In this document: positions 31,206 through 43,889 of the stretch, one piece after another | Position numbering within the stretch: the stretch's first letter is position 1 | How the letters are laid out: the number at the start of each line of letters is the position of its first letter | Source: Tetramitus jugosus | Lineage: Eukaryota > Protista > Heterolobosea | Assembly: GCA_937625935.1 (NCBI GenBank) | Contig: OW569370.1 | Location: forward strand, 310,001 to 374,000 | DNA: 64,000 nt | Reading direction: 5' to 3' | Position numbers and translations under genes: made by a program | Notes under the pieces: generated by a model | Database searches by the model: none | Told to the model about the DNA's origin: nothing | The model's input: the letters and a program-made list of their open reading frames with translations, nothing else

Positions 31206-34200
31206 GATAGAATGACATTCCTGCTTTCCATTCAGCAATTAGAGCTGGCAACACTTCAGGTTCTCTCATTTCGAATGACTCCTTCTCAGTTTCAGAGAGA
31301 CAGTTTTCTGGTACTGAAGTACTCGTGGCGTTATCCATAGCTCCATGTCTCTGTGATAGATACTGAATGATCATTCTTCGACAATTTTGGCTTGACAGCA
31401 GCAGATAGTTCTCAAAGAAGTGCAATAGATCACTCTTCTTCAATGTGGCCAATGCTTCTAACTTTCGCTCGGCTCTATCAAAGAGATATTGTCTTGCCAT
31501 AACTTCTCTCCAGAATCTAACTGCTTCATCCTTCAAATGCTTATCCTTTTCTTCAATCGTAGCTCTCAAACCACTGATATGGGTGCTAATTTCCTCATCG
31601 CTTGTTTGCTCCAAAACGTCATAAAATTGTTGCATGAAGAGATCAATTCTACCCTGAATGAACTGTGGTGTCTTTGTATCAGATTGGATGATAAAAGAAA
31701 GGGAGTTAATGTTATTATCTCGTCTGGCTCTTGAAAACACTAGATAACCGAGTTGTTCCACAGTTCTCAACTGTGAGTAGAATGGAGTGGAGATAATTTG
31801 AGCCAAAAGATCCAAAATAACATCCTGTTGAATGTTTCTCAATCCAATTTGATAAATAACCTCGATAGCAGAGTTCTCGTTCTGGTTTGGAACTGGTTTT
31901 TGAACAAGATAATCCTTTCCTTCCTCAAGCTTAACAATTCGTTCCATGGGTATTTGAGATGGCAATGGTTCTCTGTGCTTGAATTTACGATTGTTACGCT
32001 CTCCAAATAAGATATCTTCGGTTTTATCAGCCAAATTGAGTGCTTCAGCTTCGTTCATATTTCCAATCATTAAAAACTCAGCTTTCAAACACAATAAATA
32101 TTGAGGCACAAAATCGCTCAGCATTTCGAACGTGATATCACCAATGACATGTGCATATTGATCGTAAGTCCACTTTGATAAGTATGTACTTTCAAAACTT
32201 GTGATCAATACGTGCTCATATGGTTGATTTTGAGCCATGTTATTATATTGTTCAGTCAAATCATTCTTGAGCACTTCGAATCTGCTGCGCTCAAAGCTAT
32301 GATCAGCAAACTTTTCAAACACAATGTGATTGAGCTCAACAATTCTGTCATTGTAGCCACTCAAATAAATAGTGAATCCTGTTACGCTGGACTGAATATC
32401 ATAGTAGACACCGGCCATCTCTGCTTCATATGCAATTTCATTCAACTGATCGGCAACTAACATTGACAACAACTTGCTCAAAACTACAACTCTTGGTGAG
32501 GTATATGACTCAGGAATGATCAAGTTGTAAAAGATGTTAACCTTTGGTTGCTTGAAGACATAATCTTGCTTAAACCAAAGTTTCACTTTGCCATTGTCTC
32601 TGAGTAGCGAAGGGAAAGGGTTTCGCTCTTCAACTTGCTTGATTGCAAAACTTTGCGGAATGAATGGATTTGGACGTACAAGCTTCACTGCAGCAGGTTC
32701 TCCAACATGTTCTCCCTTTGCCCAGTTTGTAATTAGTTCAGCTTCAATATCAGATTTTGAATATTTGATCTTGTACCACTTTTCTTCCTCTGTTCCTTCT
32801 TCTTCGTGTCCTTGACTGGCAAAGTATATGTTCATATTTGAAGGAACTATATAATTTAGATAATCATTGAGAACATCTGGAGAGTAATCAAATGAAAGGA
32901 AGCTGGCACTCATAACCTTATCGGCTGGATACTTTTGCATATTGCCTGCCAATCTACTGATGTAATCTGGATCAGATCGCTTGTCCATGTATTGGAATTG
33001 AGCAAGAGACAAGTTGGCTGTCTCATCGAAAATGTGTTTCTGTGGTCCTGCTTCTCTCAACAACTTTAGGTATTCAAACACTGAAGAAACAACCTTTTTC
33101 CACTGCTTTTCACCTTCGCTGGTCATTCTCATGCTGATCATAAAGAGTTGATATCCATTAAATTGGTGGGCAACACCGGCAGCGAACGAATAGAGGAGAC
33201 CCAGACCCTTCAAATAAGAAAATAGTGATCCTTCTCCTTCGTGTCCAAGATAATGGGAATAATAACGATCTGGTTTGATCATCCAATTCACTGTTGTATC
33301 ATCGATACGAATTGGAAATATAAGTGTCATCTCCTTCGTGTCCTTGATTGGTACATACTTGTAAAACTTGGTCAGTTCACTCGGAGTGAACACCTTCTGT
33401 TCCACATACTCCAAACTCGGAAGTGGAACATTCATGTTTTTGACTTGCGAGAAGGATTCACTGACCCAGGAAACAAGTGTCTCAATGGAATGATTGGACG
33501 ATATGACCAATCGCATCAAATTAGCCGAATAATACTTGGAATGAAACTTGATCAACTCATCTCGAATGTTCAACGAATTTTCAGTTGGAATCCGATCCAG
33601 AGTCTCCAAATTACCAGTACCAAACTTGTGGAACGGATGAGATGAATTGCACGATGTTTTCACGAGTTGAAACCTTCGCCACATGTCCTGTGGAATATTC
33701 TTTGAGTGTTCACTCTCAATCGCCATCATTTCTCTTGCCGTAGCATCCTGAGTGAACAATGGAGCAATAAAGAATTGTGCAAATCGATCCAGTCCCTCTT
33801 TAAATGCATCATTGGCCACATTGAAGTGATAATTGGTGGACTCCATATCCGTAAATGCATTTGTGTCTCCACCATTCATCTTTACACTAAAACAAACAAC
33901 AAACCATGTCAATTACAAAAAAATCAACAAATCATGATTACAAAAAACACCACAAAACTTGTTTCTTACAATTTTTGATAAGATCCTTCTTCAGGATACT
34001 TTTCTGTGCCTAAAAACAACATGTGTTCACAAAAATGAGCCAAACCAGCGATACCCTCAGGATCATTCAAATGACCCACATTGATGTCCATTGCTGCAGT
34101 GCTTTTTTCAGCACTCTTATCACTGATCAAAAGCACAGGCAATTGGTTCGTTTCAAGTTCATAGTAATGATAAATTCTATCATCTGTGATTGGTTTTTGA

Positions 34201-34490
34201 ATTTCTGTGTGGCTGTTCATGTTTGTCTGTGCTGTCTTTGTTTTTGTGTGAGCGCAATCGCTTTGTTGATTCAAATTCCAATAATTATTATTCTTGTCGG
34301 AGGAAGAAGGTAAAGTCTTGAGTTCTGCAAAAGGAGCTGTTGTGTTCGTCGTTTGATTGTTGTGACTACTCAAAGAATGAGGAAGATGTCCGTTGTTGTC
34401 GGTATTGGCTGAAACCAAAGCAAGAAGAAACCATGGTGAGAGGATAAAAATTGCCAACAACAGGAGAACAGAAGTGGTAGCTCTGAACAT
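31186..34490 (-). CDS. IDE: Insulysin-like M16A metallopeptidase, 2 exons (34490-33970, 33886-31186), predicted signal peptide
   Basis: GLAHFCEHMLFLGTEKYP (HxxEH), LRTVEQLGY; the intron 33969-33887 gives YQKFVKMNGGDTNAFT. Confidence 0.93.
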
Positions 34491-34622
34491 CCTTCGATTG
34501 AGAGGGTACGATTGTTTTGATTGTGGTGTAAAGTCACAAAAATAAAATTTTGGGGTTTTATGTACAAACTGGGGGCTTCTTTCCTGTAAGAAGTTAGTAT
34601 GTTGGTGATTCGAATGAAACAT

Positions 34623-36029
34623 TCATTCGTCGTCGTCATCAGATTCCTCTTCCCAGTCTTCTTCATCCGAGTCCGAGTCTTCCTCAGATTCATCGTCATC
34701 GTCTTCTTCTTCCTCATCAGATTCATCTTCCTCATCAGAATCAGAATCATCCTGATCTTCAGTATCAGAATTGGATTGATCCATGACTGCTGCATCGGCA
34801 GACTGAACAAAGTCAAACTGGTAGATGCTATATGGACAGGAAGATGAACTTACGACAAGTAAATCCATGTAGCTGGGCCTGGAGTGACCCTGTGGTTGAC
34901 CTGATAGCTCCTCTGGTTCTTCGTCAAGAACACCGACGCTGTGACAACTACGACCAGAGATTGAATAACAATAATCATTGTGAGTGCCTTGTTCCAATCG
35001 AGAATGTACTTCATAATTGAAGTCTTGATACAAATCATCTTCGTCGTCATCGTACTCGTCGTCCACATCGTCATAGTCCTCATATTCCTCATTCTCATCG
35101 TCATATCCGTCCTCGTCATACTCATCACAGTTCCAAGTCTTTTCTGGTTGAGTTCCATCTTCTGACAATGAGAAGTCAGGATTGGAGAAGGATTTGACCA
35201 TGCGGATGGTGTCTCGTTGTTTGAACACAGCCTGGGACATGAGATCTGAATATGTGACCTTGTTGTCACAAATGTCTTCGCATCCTGATACGCCGTCTGC
35301 TGAGTAATATCGGAAATCATTGTCAATCTTGCTTCCAAACACTGGCAAGCAATAGAGAATATAGGGAGAGGAACAATGGGCATCATTTTCATCACTGTAG
35401 TCATCGTCATCACTGTCACTGTTTCTGTTGGATGGTGCAGTCACAGTTTCAAATCGTACCGGTGTTCCATCACTCTTGTTCCACACAGTTTTGAGATTAT
35501 ATCGTCGTGCGAATGCCATGAGATGATCCGGTGATCTTCCCTTGTCTCTAAAGAAAAGGAATACCGTATCCATTGTAATCAATTCTCCTTCACTTAATTC
35601 TCCGGGATACTTTGAGAGTTGTCTCACCACTTTACCAATGAATTCCTTTGGTCTCATGGCACAACCACTCCCGGAGCCACTACTGCTCAGTGAAGAACAT
35701 GAGGAGCGACTGGGCATCGATGATTGCTCATAAATGTCCAATCGAAAGTGCTTTGCATATTGTTTCAAAATGAACTCAATCTGAGTCTCCTCTTCGTGAC
35801 CGAGCCAAAAGGGAACAGTCGAATTGTGTTGTTGCTGCTGATGCTGATGGAGCAACTTGTTCGCAGCAGTGACAGTTGCATGTGCAGAATCCGATGCCAG
35901 TTCGTTCTTCGGCGCACGCAAGTTCTTCATTTGATGGTACAAGAGCTTCTTGTTGTTCATGGATAATTGTTGTTGTTCTTGTTGTGGTTGCGGTTGTTGG
36001 TGAGGCCAGCCAGGTGAAAAGTTCATCAT
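34623..36029 (-). CDS. Hypothetical protein with Gln-rich N-terminus and long acidic tracts
   Basis: Long ORF with a globular-looking core; start codon uncertain (36029 or 36071). Confidence 0.6.
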   Translation of the reverse strand: MMNFSPGWPHQQPQPQQEQQQLSMNNKKLLYHQMKNLRAPKNELASDSAHATVTAANKLLHQHQQQQHNSTVPFWLGHEEETQIEFILKQYAKHFRLDIYEQSSMPSRSSCSSLSSSGSGSGCAMRPKEFIGKVVRQLSKYPGELSEGELITMDTVFLFFRDKGRSPDHLMAFARRYNLKTVWNKSDGTPVRFETVTAPSNRNSDSDDDDYSDENDAHCSSPYILYCLPVFGSKIDNDFRYYSADGVSGCEDICDNKVTYSDLMSQAVFKQRDTIRMVKSFSNPDFSLSEDGTQPEKTWNCDEYDEDGYDDENEEYEDYDDVDDEYDDDEDDLYQDFNYEVHSRLEQGTHNDYCYSISGRSCHSVGVLDEEPEELSGQPQGHSRPSYMDLLVVSSSSCPYSIYQFDFVQSADAAVMDQSNSDTEDQDDSDSDEEDESDEEEEDDDDESEEDSDSDEEDWEEESDDDDE

Positions 36030-36917
36030 GTACTTGTTGGTATTGTAAGATAGAGTAGTCAATGTCATCATTTGTTCTGTAGTTGTCGTTATAGCAATAA
36101 TAGTTGTTGTTGATGTTGTTGGTTGCAAAGAGCATTGAGTTAATGGTTGTTGTAATAGTTGAAAAACTGTAGTAAGTTTTTTGTGGTTGTTGTGGGTAGT
36201 TTTGTTGGTTTGGTCGGTAGAGCTGTAAGCTAAGCGTCGTTTGTAAGTTCAAACTTCTGATATTTCAAATAGTTTTTTGGTTGGAGAACAAAATAGTTGT
36301 TGTGTTCTTTGTTTGCTTTGTGTGCGGGAGAGAAGGTAATATGTACGTTTTACTGTGGATCCTTTGTCAGGTTGTGAAGTTCTCTCTATGTTCTCTCTTT
36401 TGTTGAGTCTGTTTTTTCAGAGTTTGTGTCACAACCAGACATATCTTTCACAAGAGTATCTCCAGAGATCGAGGAACCAGCAGGAAAGTTGTTCTGCCAG
36501 AAGTGCCATGAAGGAACACCGGTTTTTGCTCAGGTTATAATTAGTTCGCAGCTTGTTATTTGTGGATAAAAGCCCGATGGGCGGAGATCAATCTGGTAGG
36601 TGAACCTATTCATCTACGGACCAATAAGCGGATTGATTACCACTTGATTGGGAATTGGGGTAATTTTTTGGGATATTTGATGTTCTCACTATTTAGAGAG
36701 AATGGATATTGAGAGGATGAAAAAGATCTGTAGCTGGATAACGGATGTTAATTGCCCTTAGAGTGGACAAGTGACATGAGAATTAACACCAATTCATAGT
36801 GTTCTTTTTGTTGTTATTCTCTTACAAGGCGTCGGTTACCATTGGTTAACACACCTTCCAAAAAACGAAGAACAGAAACACAAAAAAAAGCAATCACAAA
36901 CACATTCATCTGATTCC

Positions 36918-37343
36918 ATGTACATTACCAACCGAACCAAGTATTCCCTAATTGCTTTTGCAGTGATTTGTCTGCTGTATTGCACTATAATCCTACCCTA
37001 TCCAACTGTGCAGAATCGTTGGCTAACGAGTTGTTCACTGACTTCGTTTCTAATGTTCGGTTGGGACAAAAAATTGGCTTATCGGGGTGGCAAGAGGCGA
37101 GTACCGGAGCATTCCATGTTTCTTGTGACACTCATTGGAGGTTATGTCGGATCTTTCTTAGGAATGATTTTGTGTGCTCACAAAACCAGGAAACCAAAAT
37201 ATTGGTTGGTTCTTCTGCTTTCGGTGCTGGTGTTTCACGGTGTTCAAATTGTGCAAGCTCTGATGCCCTACATTGAGCTTTTAATCTTTATGTGGAAGCA
37301 ACTTCGAGCTTCTCCTAGAGTCAACGTTGATACAATGGGGTGA
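36918..37343 (+). CDS. DUF1294-family small membrane protein
   Basis: MFGWDKKLA...RRVPEHSM...GGYVGSFLGMILCAHKTRK signature. Confidence 0.85.
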   Translation: MYITNRTKYSLIAFAVICLLYCTIILPYPTVQNRWLTSCSLTSFLMFGWDKKLAYRGGKRRVPEHSMFLVTLIGGYVGSFLGMILCAHKTRKPKYWLVLLLSVLVFHGVQIVQALMPYIELLIFMWKQLRASPRVNVDTMG

Positions 37344-37367
37344 ACCGTAAAGTTAAGATTTGTGATT

Positions 37368-38609
37368 TTATTCTTCCTTGAGCAATTGTCTGCTCATGAT
37401 CAATCTCATGACTTCATTCGTTCCTTCAAGGATGGAGTGAACTCTCAAATCTCTGAGATATCTCTCAATTGGATAATCTTTCAAATAGCCATAACCTCCA
37501 TGCATCTGCAAGCATTGATTCACAACATCGAAGCACTCATCAGTCACAAATCTCTTAGCCATCGAACACTTGAATGTGTAGTCTGCTTCCTTTGCATCAA
37601 GTGCCTTGGCTGCCTCTCTGACCAACAATCTACTTGCTTCGACTTGAGTGGCCATATCAGCAATCTTGAATTGAAGGTATTGATTGTCTGCAATTGGCTT
37701 ACCGAATTGCTTTCTAGTGCGAATGTAATCACGAGTCAAATCCAAACTTTTTTGAGCACCACCCAACGAGCACGTAGCAATGTTGATTCTGCCACCGTCG
37801 AGACCACTCATGGCAATCTTGAATCCCTGACCTTCCTTACCGAGCAAGTTCTCCACTGGCACCTTGCAATTGTCCATGACAACAGCTCTTGTTGGTTGAG
37901 AATTCCAACCGAGCTTGCTCTCATTCTTACCAAAGCTCAATCCTTCGAATCCCTTCTCAACAATAAAGCAAGAAATGCCCTTTGCAGACGCATCACCCGT
38001 TCTTGCCATAATCAAATAAACACCACTCGATCCAGCTCCACTAATAAACGCCTTTTCACCAGTCAACAGATAATGACTCTTATCTTCGCTCAGAACAGCA
38101 CGGGTCTTGAGTGAGGCAGCATCCGATCCTGCACCAGGCTCCGTCAAACAATAACTCGCAAACGTTTCCATGGAACAAATATCAGGCAAAAATTTTTCCT
38201 TTTGTGCATCACTGCCAAACGTATCAATCATCCAAGCACACATGTTATGAATGGTAATGTATGCCGTAGTGCTGGTACACCCTTGACTCAATTGCTCAAA
38301 AATGATACTTGCATCCAGTCTCTTGAGCCCAGTTCCACCAAATTGCTCATTGACATAAACTCCGCCAAATCCCAGTTCAGCAGCCTTCTTGAGAGTATCA
38401 ATGGGGAAAGTCTTGTTTTCGTCCCATTCGGCAGCATGAGGATACATTTCGTTCATGGCAAAATCACGAGCCATTTGTTGAATTTCCAATTGTTCACTGG
38501 TGAGGTTACTCGATTGGTAGCTGTTGAGAAAAGTGGAGTAGTAAAGATGTTGTTGGAGCTTGCGACCTTGTGCGAAAAGTCTAGACGTCTTGTTCAGTGA
38601 TCTCAACAT
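37368..38609 (-). CDS. ACAD8: Isobutyryl-CoA dehydrogenase, mitochondrial
   Basis: Transit-like N-terminus; [54 protein letters not shown]. Confidence 0.92.
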   Translation of the reverse strand: MLRSLNKTSRLFAQGRKLQQHLYYSTFLNSYQSSNLTSEQLEIQQMARDFAMNEMYPHAAEWDENKTFPIDTLKKAAELGFGGVYVNEQFGGTGLKRLDASIIFEQLSQGCTSTTAYITIHNMCAWMIDTFGSDAQKEKFLPDICSMETFASYCLTEPGAGSDAASLKTRAVLSEDKSHYLLTGEKAFISGAGSSGVYLIMARTGDASAKGISCFIVEKGFEGLSFGKNESKLGWNSQPTRAVVMDNCKVPVENLLGKEGQGFKIAMSGLDGGRINIATCSLGGAQKSLDLTRDYIRTRKQFGKPIADNQYLQFKIADMATQVEASRLLVREAAKALDAKEADYTFKCSMAKRFVTDECFDVVNQCLQMHGGYGYLKDYPIERYLRDLRVHSILEGTNEVMRLIMSRQLLKEE

Positions 38610-38757
38610 GTTGTGTGGGTGCGTGGAGGTGTTGAAAAAAGCTTGTTTGTTGGTGATGATTTTTTTTTGGTGCAGGTTTTGGATGTCGATTGGAGGTGAT
38701 CGGTTTTTTGCTTCCTGGTTGATTTGGTTATTCCGCCAATTGTCATTGGTGGTTTCG

Positions 38758-40746
38758 TTAGTGATTCCGCCGGTGTTTATTGGGCTGATCATCATTAAAG
38801 GTAACTCTGGGTCGTTTGTTTGTGGTCAAAATGGATCTTGTGGTGGTTGGTGCAACAGCTCTGGGTGGTGGAGCAGGAGCCTGTTGGGAGTGGAGCACAA
38901 ACGTAGAGTAGTCAATTTGTGGCTGCTGCACATTCGGTTCTTCATTCTTCCTATGATCCACAGCTCTTCTTGTTGTATCTGACCGAGGAGGTTGGATTGT
39001 TTTTGCTGGGCCTGCTATTCTCTGGTTAGATGTATCAGACGTAGTGGAGTGAGAGGAAGGCCGGCCTGGAGTATGGCGTCCATTGGGTACAAAGAGATCA
39101 TAAATAAGACGGGTGATCCTGTATGCTGAAATGTTTTGACAGTTAGGTTTGGCTCGTGCCTTCGATTGGACTTCTTCTTTAGAAGTGGAAAAGACATAAT
39201 GAGTTGGGTTGGCATCATAGCCATCAACAAGGATGGCACCTCCGATTGATAACACATGCTTGAGACTTTGATCATTATTAGAATGAGTAATGAACACTCT
39301 CCACTGATGAAACAACTTCTCAATTGTTGTTTGATTGCGCCAATATCGATTGGCATTATCTAGAACCTCGGATAGCTCTTGTGACACTGTGCCCTCCGTA
39401 CGATTCTGAGATATGTACAGAGAGAATGATTGTTCACTGCGCCATCGATTTGCGGTTCTTGATTCAGTAATATACTGCGATGTTACAATTTGCAAATTTG
39501 CTAGTAGTGCAATCAAGACCTTCGAAGTTGGAATCAATTTACCAGGTGGAACCAACAAATGTGTGCAACTAGAGTCATAAGTATCCACTAGCAATCCATC
39601 TAACGATTCAATATCACTCTTTAGTTTTTCTTTTTCTTTGTGCGATCCGGTCATCAAAAACACTTTTGATTTCATACCGGTTGGAAGTGCAGTGCTGGTG
39701 CTACTGCTACTCGAAATTGGAGTCCTGATAGGGCGATCTTGCTCCCAGCTTCGGGGACCAGTATCTCTAGACTCTCTAGACCTCGTATCATCACCTCTTG
39801 CACTTCGGTAGCTAGCTCTATCATCTCTATAATCACGATCTCGGTCATGAATATCTCGTTCTTCAATATTCCGGTAACGATGATCATTATCGTGTATGTT
39901 TGAGCGATGATTGTTCATGTTTCTGTTGTTTTCGTGGTTCGAACGATGAGAGTAAGAGTGTCGGTCATTGGAACTATCAACTGTTGGTGGTTCGAGATGA
40001 TTAGTCTTGTTTGTTGTCAATGGCTCACTCACTACAGCTTCCTTCTTCTTCTGCATTTCTTTCTTCAATTGATCCAATTGCTGTTCATACTCTCGTTTCA
40101 ATTGATCACATTGTTGTTCGTGCTCTCGCTTCAAATGCTCCGATTTTGTTTCTCGTTCTTCTACTTCATTCTTCTGTACTCGTTCCAAATGTTCCAAATA
40201 ATGAACGAAAGACTGTTTGTTTATACTAATCATCGCATCATCAGCATCAGCATTCTCCTGATTCTCAATGTTCGATAGTGCGTTTAGACAATCATTGATC
40301 GTGTTCCAATGGTCATCTATTGCGAATAATGGAGGTGCACAATGAGCATCAACTGTTTTTGTCCCACTCGCATTTGTCACATCACTATCATAACCACTCA
40401 ATTCATCGTTATTATCATCATCTCCATTACTCATTTTCTTTGCGTGTTGTTCCTCTTCTATTTCTTCCTCCTCCTTACTATTGTTCTTGATGTGATCATC
40501 GTCCGAGTCATATACTACACTTGTATTGTCATCATCCTCGTCATGATCATCAATTTGAACAGTACTCTCACTGTTCTGCCGTGGTTCACTATCTTCATTT
40601 TCCTCATCATCATCTGGTATGATTATGGATGTCTCGTTGGGAACAACTTGAGTGAAAATACCCATGCTGTCATAGTAGTCCATTTCATCGTTCAAGTCAA
40701 GCTTATTCGCATCACTGCATCTTGGTAAGGGCCGTGATGATGACAT
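38758..40746 (-). CDS. BRCT-domain protein with acidic, coiled-coil and RD-rich regions
   Basis: CTHLLV...[24 protein letters not shown] followed by a second degenerate unit (LFHQWRVFI...VLSIGGA). Confidence 0.75.
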   Translation of the reverse strand: MSSSRPLPRCSDANKLDLNDEMDYYDSMGIFTQVVPNETSIIIPDDDEENEDSEPRQNSESTVQIDDHDEDDDNTSVVYDSDDDHIKNNSKEEEEIEEEQHAKKMSNGDDDNNDELSGYDSDVTNASGTKTVDAHCAPPLFAIDDHWNTINDCLNALSNIENQENADADDAMISINKQSFVHYLEHLERVQKNEVEERETKSEHLKREHEQQCDQLKREYEQQLDQLKKEMQKKKEAVVSEPLTTNKTNHLEPPTVDSSNDRHSYSHRSNHENNRNMNNHRSNIHDNDHRYRNIEERDIHDRDRDYRDDRASYRSARGDDTRSRESRDTGPRSWEQDRPIRTPISSSSSTSTALPTGMKSKVFLMTGSHKEKEKLKSDIESLDGLLVDTYDSSCTHLLVPPGKLIPTSKVLIALLANLQIVTSQYITESRTANRWRSEQSFSLYISQNRTEGTVSQELSEVLDNANRYWRNQTTIEKLFHQWRVFITHSNNDQSLKHVLSIGGAILVDGYDANPTHYVFSTSKEEVQSKARAKPNCQNISAYRITRLIYDLFVPNGRHTPGRPSSHSTTSDTSNQRIAGPAKTIQPPRSDTTRRAVDHRKNEEPNVQQPQIDYSTFVLHSQQAPAPPPRAVAPTTTRSILTTNKRPRVTFNDDQPNKHRRNH

Positions 40747-40845
40747 GTACACTACTTGGCGACTACAACAAATTGCTAACAACAAAAAATTGTTTTTGTG
40801 ACGATGTTGTTTTTTTTTCTGATTCCTTCAAAACAAAGAAAAAAA

Positions 40846-42489
40846 ATGGCGGCAAACAGCAAGAGCGGAAATAAGATCTTGTTGTTTGATCTTGTGAGAT
40901 TTGCAGTGTTGGTTCGTTTGGGCGTCATTTTGTGGACCATTTTGACTGATTTATTGGTGACCAATTATGATACGTCAACTTTCTCTCCACAAACCAGCAA
41001 CAACAATGAACTTTTTGTTGATGGAAGTAAGCTATTGGTGATTCTTCATCGATTGGTACAGCCGTTCAGTCACTGGGACAGTGTCTACTTTCTAAGAATA
41101 GCCAAAATGGGATTTTACGAATATGAGAACTTTCATGCTTTTTTCCCATTGTATCCCTATTGTATTCGAGGATGTTCAAAGCTCTTGATGACACCATTGT
41201 TGTCATTGTTTTTTACTGTATCGCAAGGGCAACAACAATTGTTGCAAGATACGAGCTTAATGTTGTCTGGCTTTGTCATTTCGAACGTTTGCTTTGTCGT
41301 GTCTGTTATTTTCATGTTTCATTTGTCGCGGCAACTGTTTACGAAACGAGTGGCGTGGAATGCAACAAGAATTTATGCCATTAATCCTGCATCGATCTTC
41401 ATGTCTTCCATCTATACAGAGAGCATGTTTGCAATGCTGTCGTTGATGGGAATGTATTGTATTGTGAGGTTGGAGTCGCTGGAAGAGTTAGGCAATGCGT
41501 CCATGAACAATTACTTGAGAATTGGATTGCATCTGTGTGGTAGTACAGTGGCATTCTGTCTGGCATCCCTCGCTAGAGGAAATGGTATTGTTTGTTGTGG
41601 CTTTTTTGTATATTATTGGTTGTTGTTCATGGTGAAACAATTTGGGAGGTCCTCAACCATATCAAGCAACGAAATGGCCTTGAAGTCATTTGTTTCATTC
41701 TTTGTAAGATGTTCTATTCCATGTTGCTTTGTTATCGGAGCATATTTTGCGTTCCAGCTTTATGGATTTAAGCTCTATTGTCTTCCAGAGTCCAATAATC
41801 ATTTTCAGCAACAACAGAGCACGACTGCCTGGTTGGCTTATGTACAAAAGAATCATCCATGGTGTCTTCAGAACCCATTCCAATTTTACGGCTACATACA
41901 AAAGAAGTATTGGTATGTTAATTCGTTTTGCATTTGAAGTTCTGTTACAAGAGACATTAACACTTTCTACCCACAGGAATGTTGGCTTTCTACAGTATTA
42001 TGAGATGAAACAATTACCAAACTTTATTCTGGCCTCCCCTATAGTATGTACACTTTCATTAATGAACTGCTTTGCAACTAAATTGCTCTAACGATTACAT
42101 TTTGTTTTATTCAGATATTCTTGTCGCTCTTTGGGGTATTCAGATATGCTCGGCATGGCCTGTCCCGCTTCTTCACTTTCAGTCTTGCTCGACCCAAAGT
42201 GGAATCAAGAACATTTGTCGAGAGTGATAGAACTCTCGTCTTTGTTTATTATTGGGCATTCCTGACCTTGTCTGGTCTCTTGTTCATGCATATTCAAGTC
42301 CTCACGCGATTTCTTGCCTCCTGTCCTCCATTGTATTGGTACATGGCTGAATTGTTGGCGCCACCACGTGCAGCCAAGCAAAACCAAGTCTATAGATCAT
42401 CGATATGGCAGCGTGCTATACTAGGGTACATTGTCCTGTTTGTTCTTGTTGGACCGGCACTGTTTGGCAATTTCTATCCATGGACATAA
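40846..42489 (+). CDS. PIGV: GPI mannosyltransferase 2, 3 exons (40846-41912, 41977-42043, 42115-42489)
   Basis: WDSVYFLRIA, AFFPLYP, NPASIF, YTES, IQKKYWNVGF (after splicing), QVLTRF, FYPWT. Confidence 0.93.
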
Positions 42490-42544
42490 GAACTTTCGAA
42501 TTGATAAAGAGTATTGTTTTTTTATAATGGAGAGAGCAGATTTC

Positions 42545-43711
42545 TTAGAAATCAATGACATTCCGTCCTCTCTTCTTTCCAGCAGCGCCCTTCTTGCCCT
42601 TGCCTCCCTTCTTGTCTTGATTGGAAGTGAATCGTGTCTTGTTCTGACCGAGCAAATGAACCTTCTTGTTTGATCTCTGTTGTTGTTCGGCAATTTGTTG
42701 GAAGACTTGAGCGGCATTCGACTTGACAGCTCTCTTCTTTTGAGCATTGGTCTTCAACACTCTGTCCAAGAGCTTCAAGCTCGCTTGCTTCTCATCAGTT
42801 TGTTGAGCGTCATTGCCCAGGGCAGCCTTGCCTGACAACTTGTTCTTTGGCTTGACAGTGCTCTTCCTTGGTTCCTTGGACAACTTCTTGTCAAACTTGC
42901 CCATGGAAGCAGTGGAGACAGAGGCCATGGAATGAACATCCTTCAAATCATGCTTCAAATCAAATCTTGCTCTCTTGGCATCCAATCTTGGAAGAGCAGC
43001 AATGTTCAATTGAGCAGGAATCTTTGTCTTTTCCTGTGATTTACTCATATTCTTCTTTTGATTCTTCACTTGTTGCTTCTTTGACTTGTTCTTTGCTTGT
43101 TGCTTCTCCAAGAATGGATCACTCTCAGTGTAGCCTGCAATTTCAAACTTTGATTTCTTGGTAGGTGCTTCTCCATTGCTCAATCTCGCATTCTTCTTCT
43201 TATTCGCATTGTTAGTGTTGTTATTGTTATTGTTATTGTTACTAGCATTCTTCTTCGTATTGAGTGAGTTTCCTTGATCCTTGACTTCCATGACCCAATC
43301 ATTTTCAATTTCCTTGTTGGCTCTGCCCATTCCGAATCTCGGACGGAACTCATCATTCACCTGATCATAAACAAGCTTCTCCTTATCATGTAATCGCATA
43401 TTCTTTTGTTTAGCAAAGTCTTCCCAGGCAGTTGTCTTCTTCTCTTTTGGAACTGGTTTTTCTCTTGGAATAGGAACGGTGCCAGTCTTTGGTAGAGTGA
43501 TGAACAAGCCGTCTTCTTCACTTGATGTAGGTAGTCCAAAGAGCTTTGACATGAGGAATTGAGTGTTTTGTCGCGAGTGTTCCATGAGATACTTTTCGCC
43601 TTGTTTTTTGTATTGGGCGAGGTCAATAGGATGTGTGTCGAGTGCACTCAAGTTGTACACGTCGAACAAGAGGTCATTTTGTTTGTCTGTTGTTGTTGTT
43701 GTGGTGGTCAT
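42545..43711 (-). CDS. RRS1: Ribosome biogenesis regulatory protein
   Basis: RQNTQFL, IPREKPVP, TAWEDFA, LVYDQ...RPRFG, STASMGKFD. Confidence 0.92.
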   Translation of the reverse strand: MTTTTTTTDKQNDLLFDVYNLSALDTHPIDLAQYKKQGEKYLMEHSRQNTQFLMSKLFGLPTSSEEDGLFITLPKTGTVPIPREKPVPKEKKTTAWEDFAKQKNMRLHDKEKLVYDQVNDEFRPRFGMGRANKEIENDWVMEVKDQGNSLNTKKNASNNNNNNNNTNNANKKKNARLSNGEAPTKKSKFEIAGYTESDPFLEKQQAKNKSKKQQVKNQKKNMSKSQEKTKIPAQLNIAALPRLDAKRARFDLKHDLKDVHSMASVSTASMGKFDKKLSKEPRKSTVKPKNKLSGKAALGNDAQQTDEKQASLKLLDRVLKTNAQKKRAVKSNAAQVFQQIAEQQQRSNKKVHLLGQNKTRFTSNQDKKGGKGKKGAAGKKRGRNVIDF

Positions 43712-43889
43712 TTTGTTGTTGTTGTTGTTGTTGGTCTGTTGGTGTGTTGTGAATGAGGTTGGGTTTTGGTTGGAGATGCTGTTTTTTGTTGTTGCTGTGA
43801 AAAAATTATCTTTTTGGTGAATTTCAAATGTTTGATTGAACCGGATTATTATCATCGGAGATTTTGAATGGAAAGGAGAAGCAGAGAAA

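Noticed and set aside
37362-38114. 250-aa + strand ORF
   Set aside because: Antisense shadow of ACAD8 with a GTG start and no motifs.
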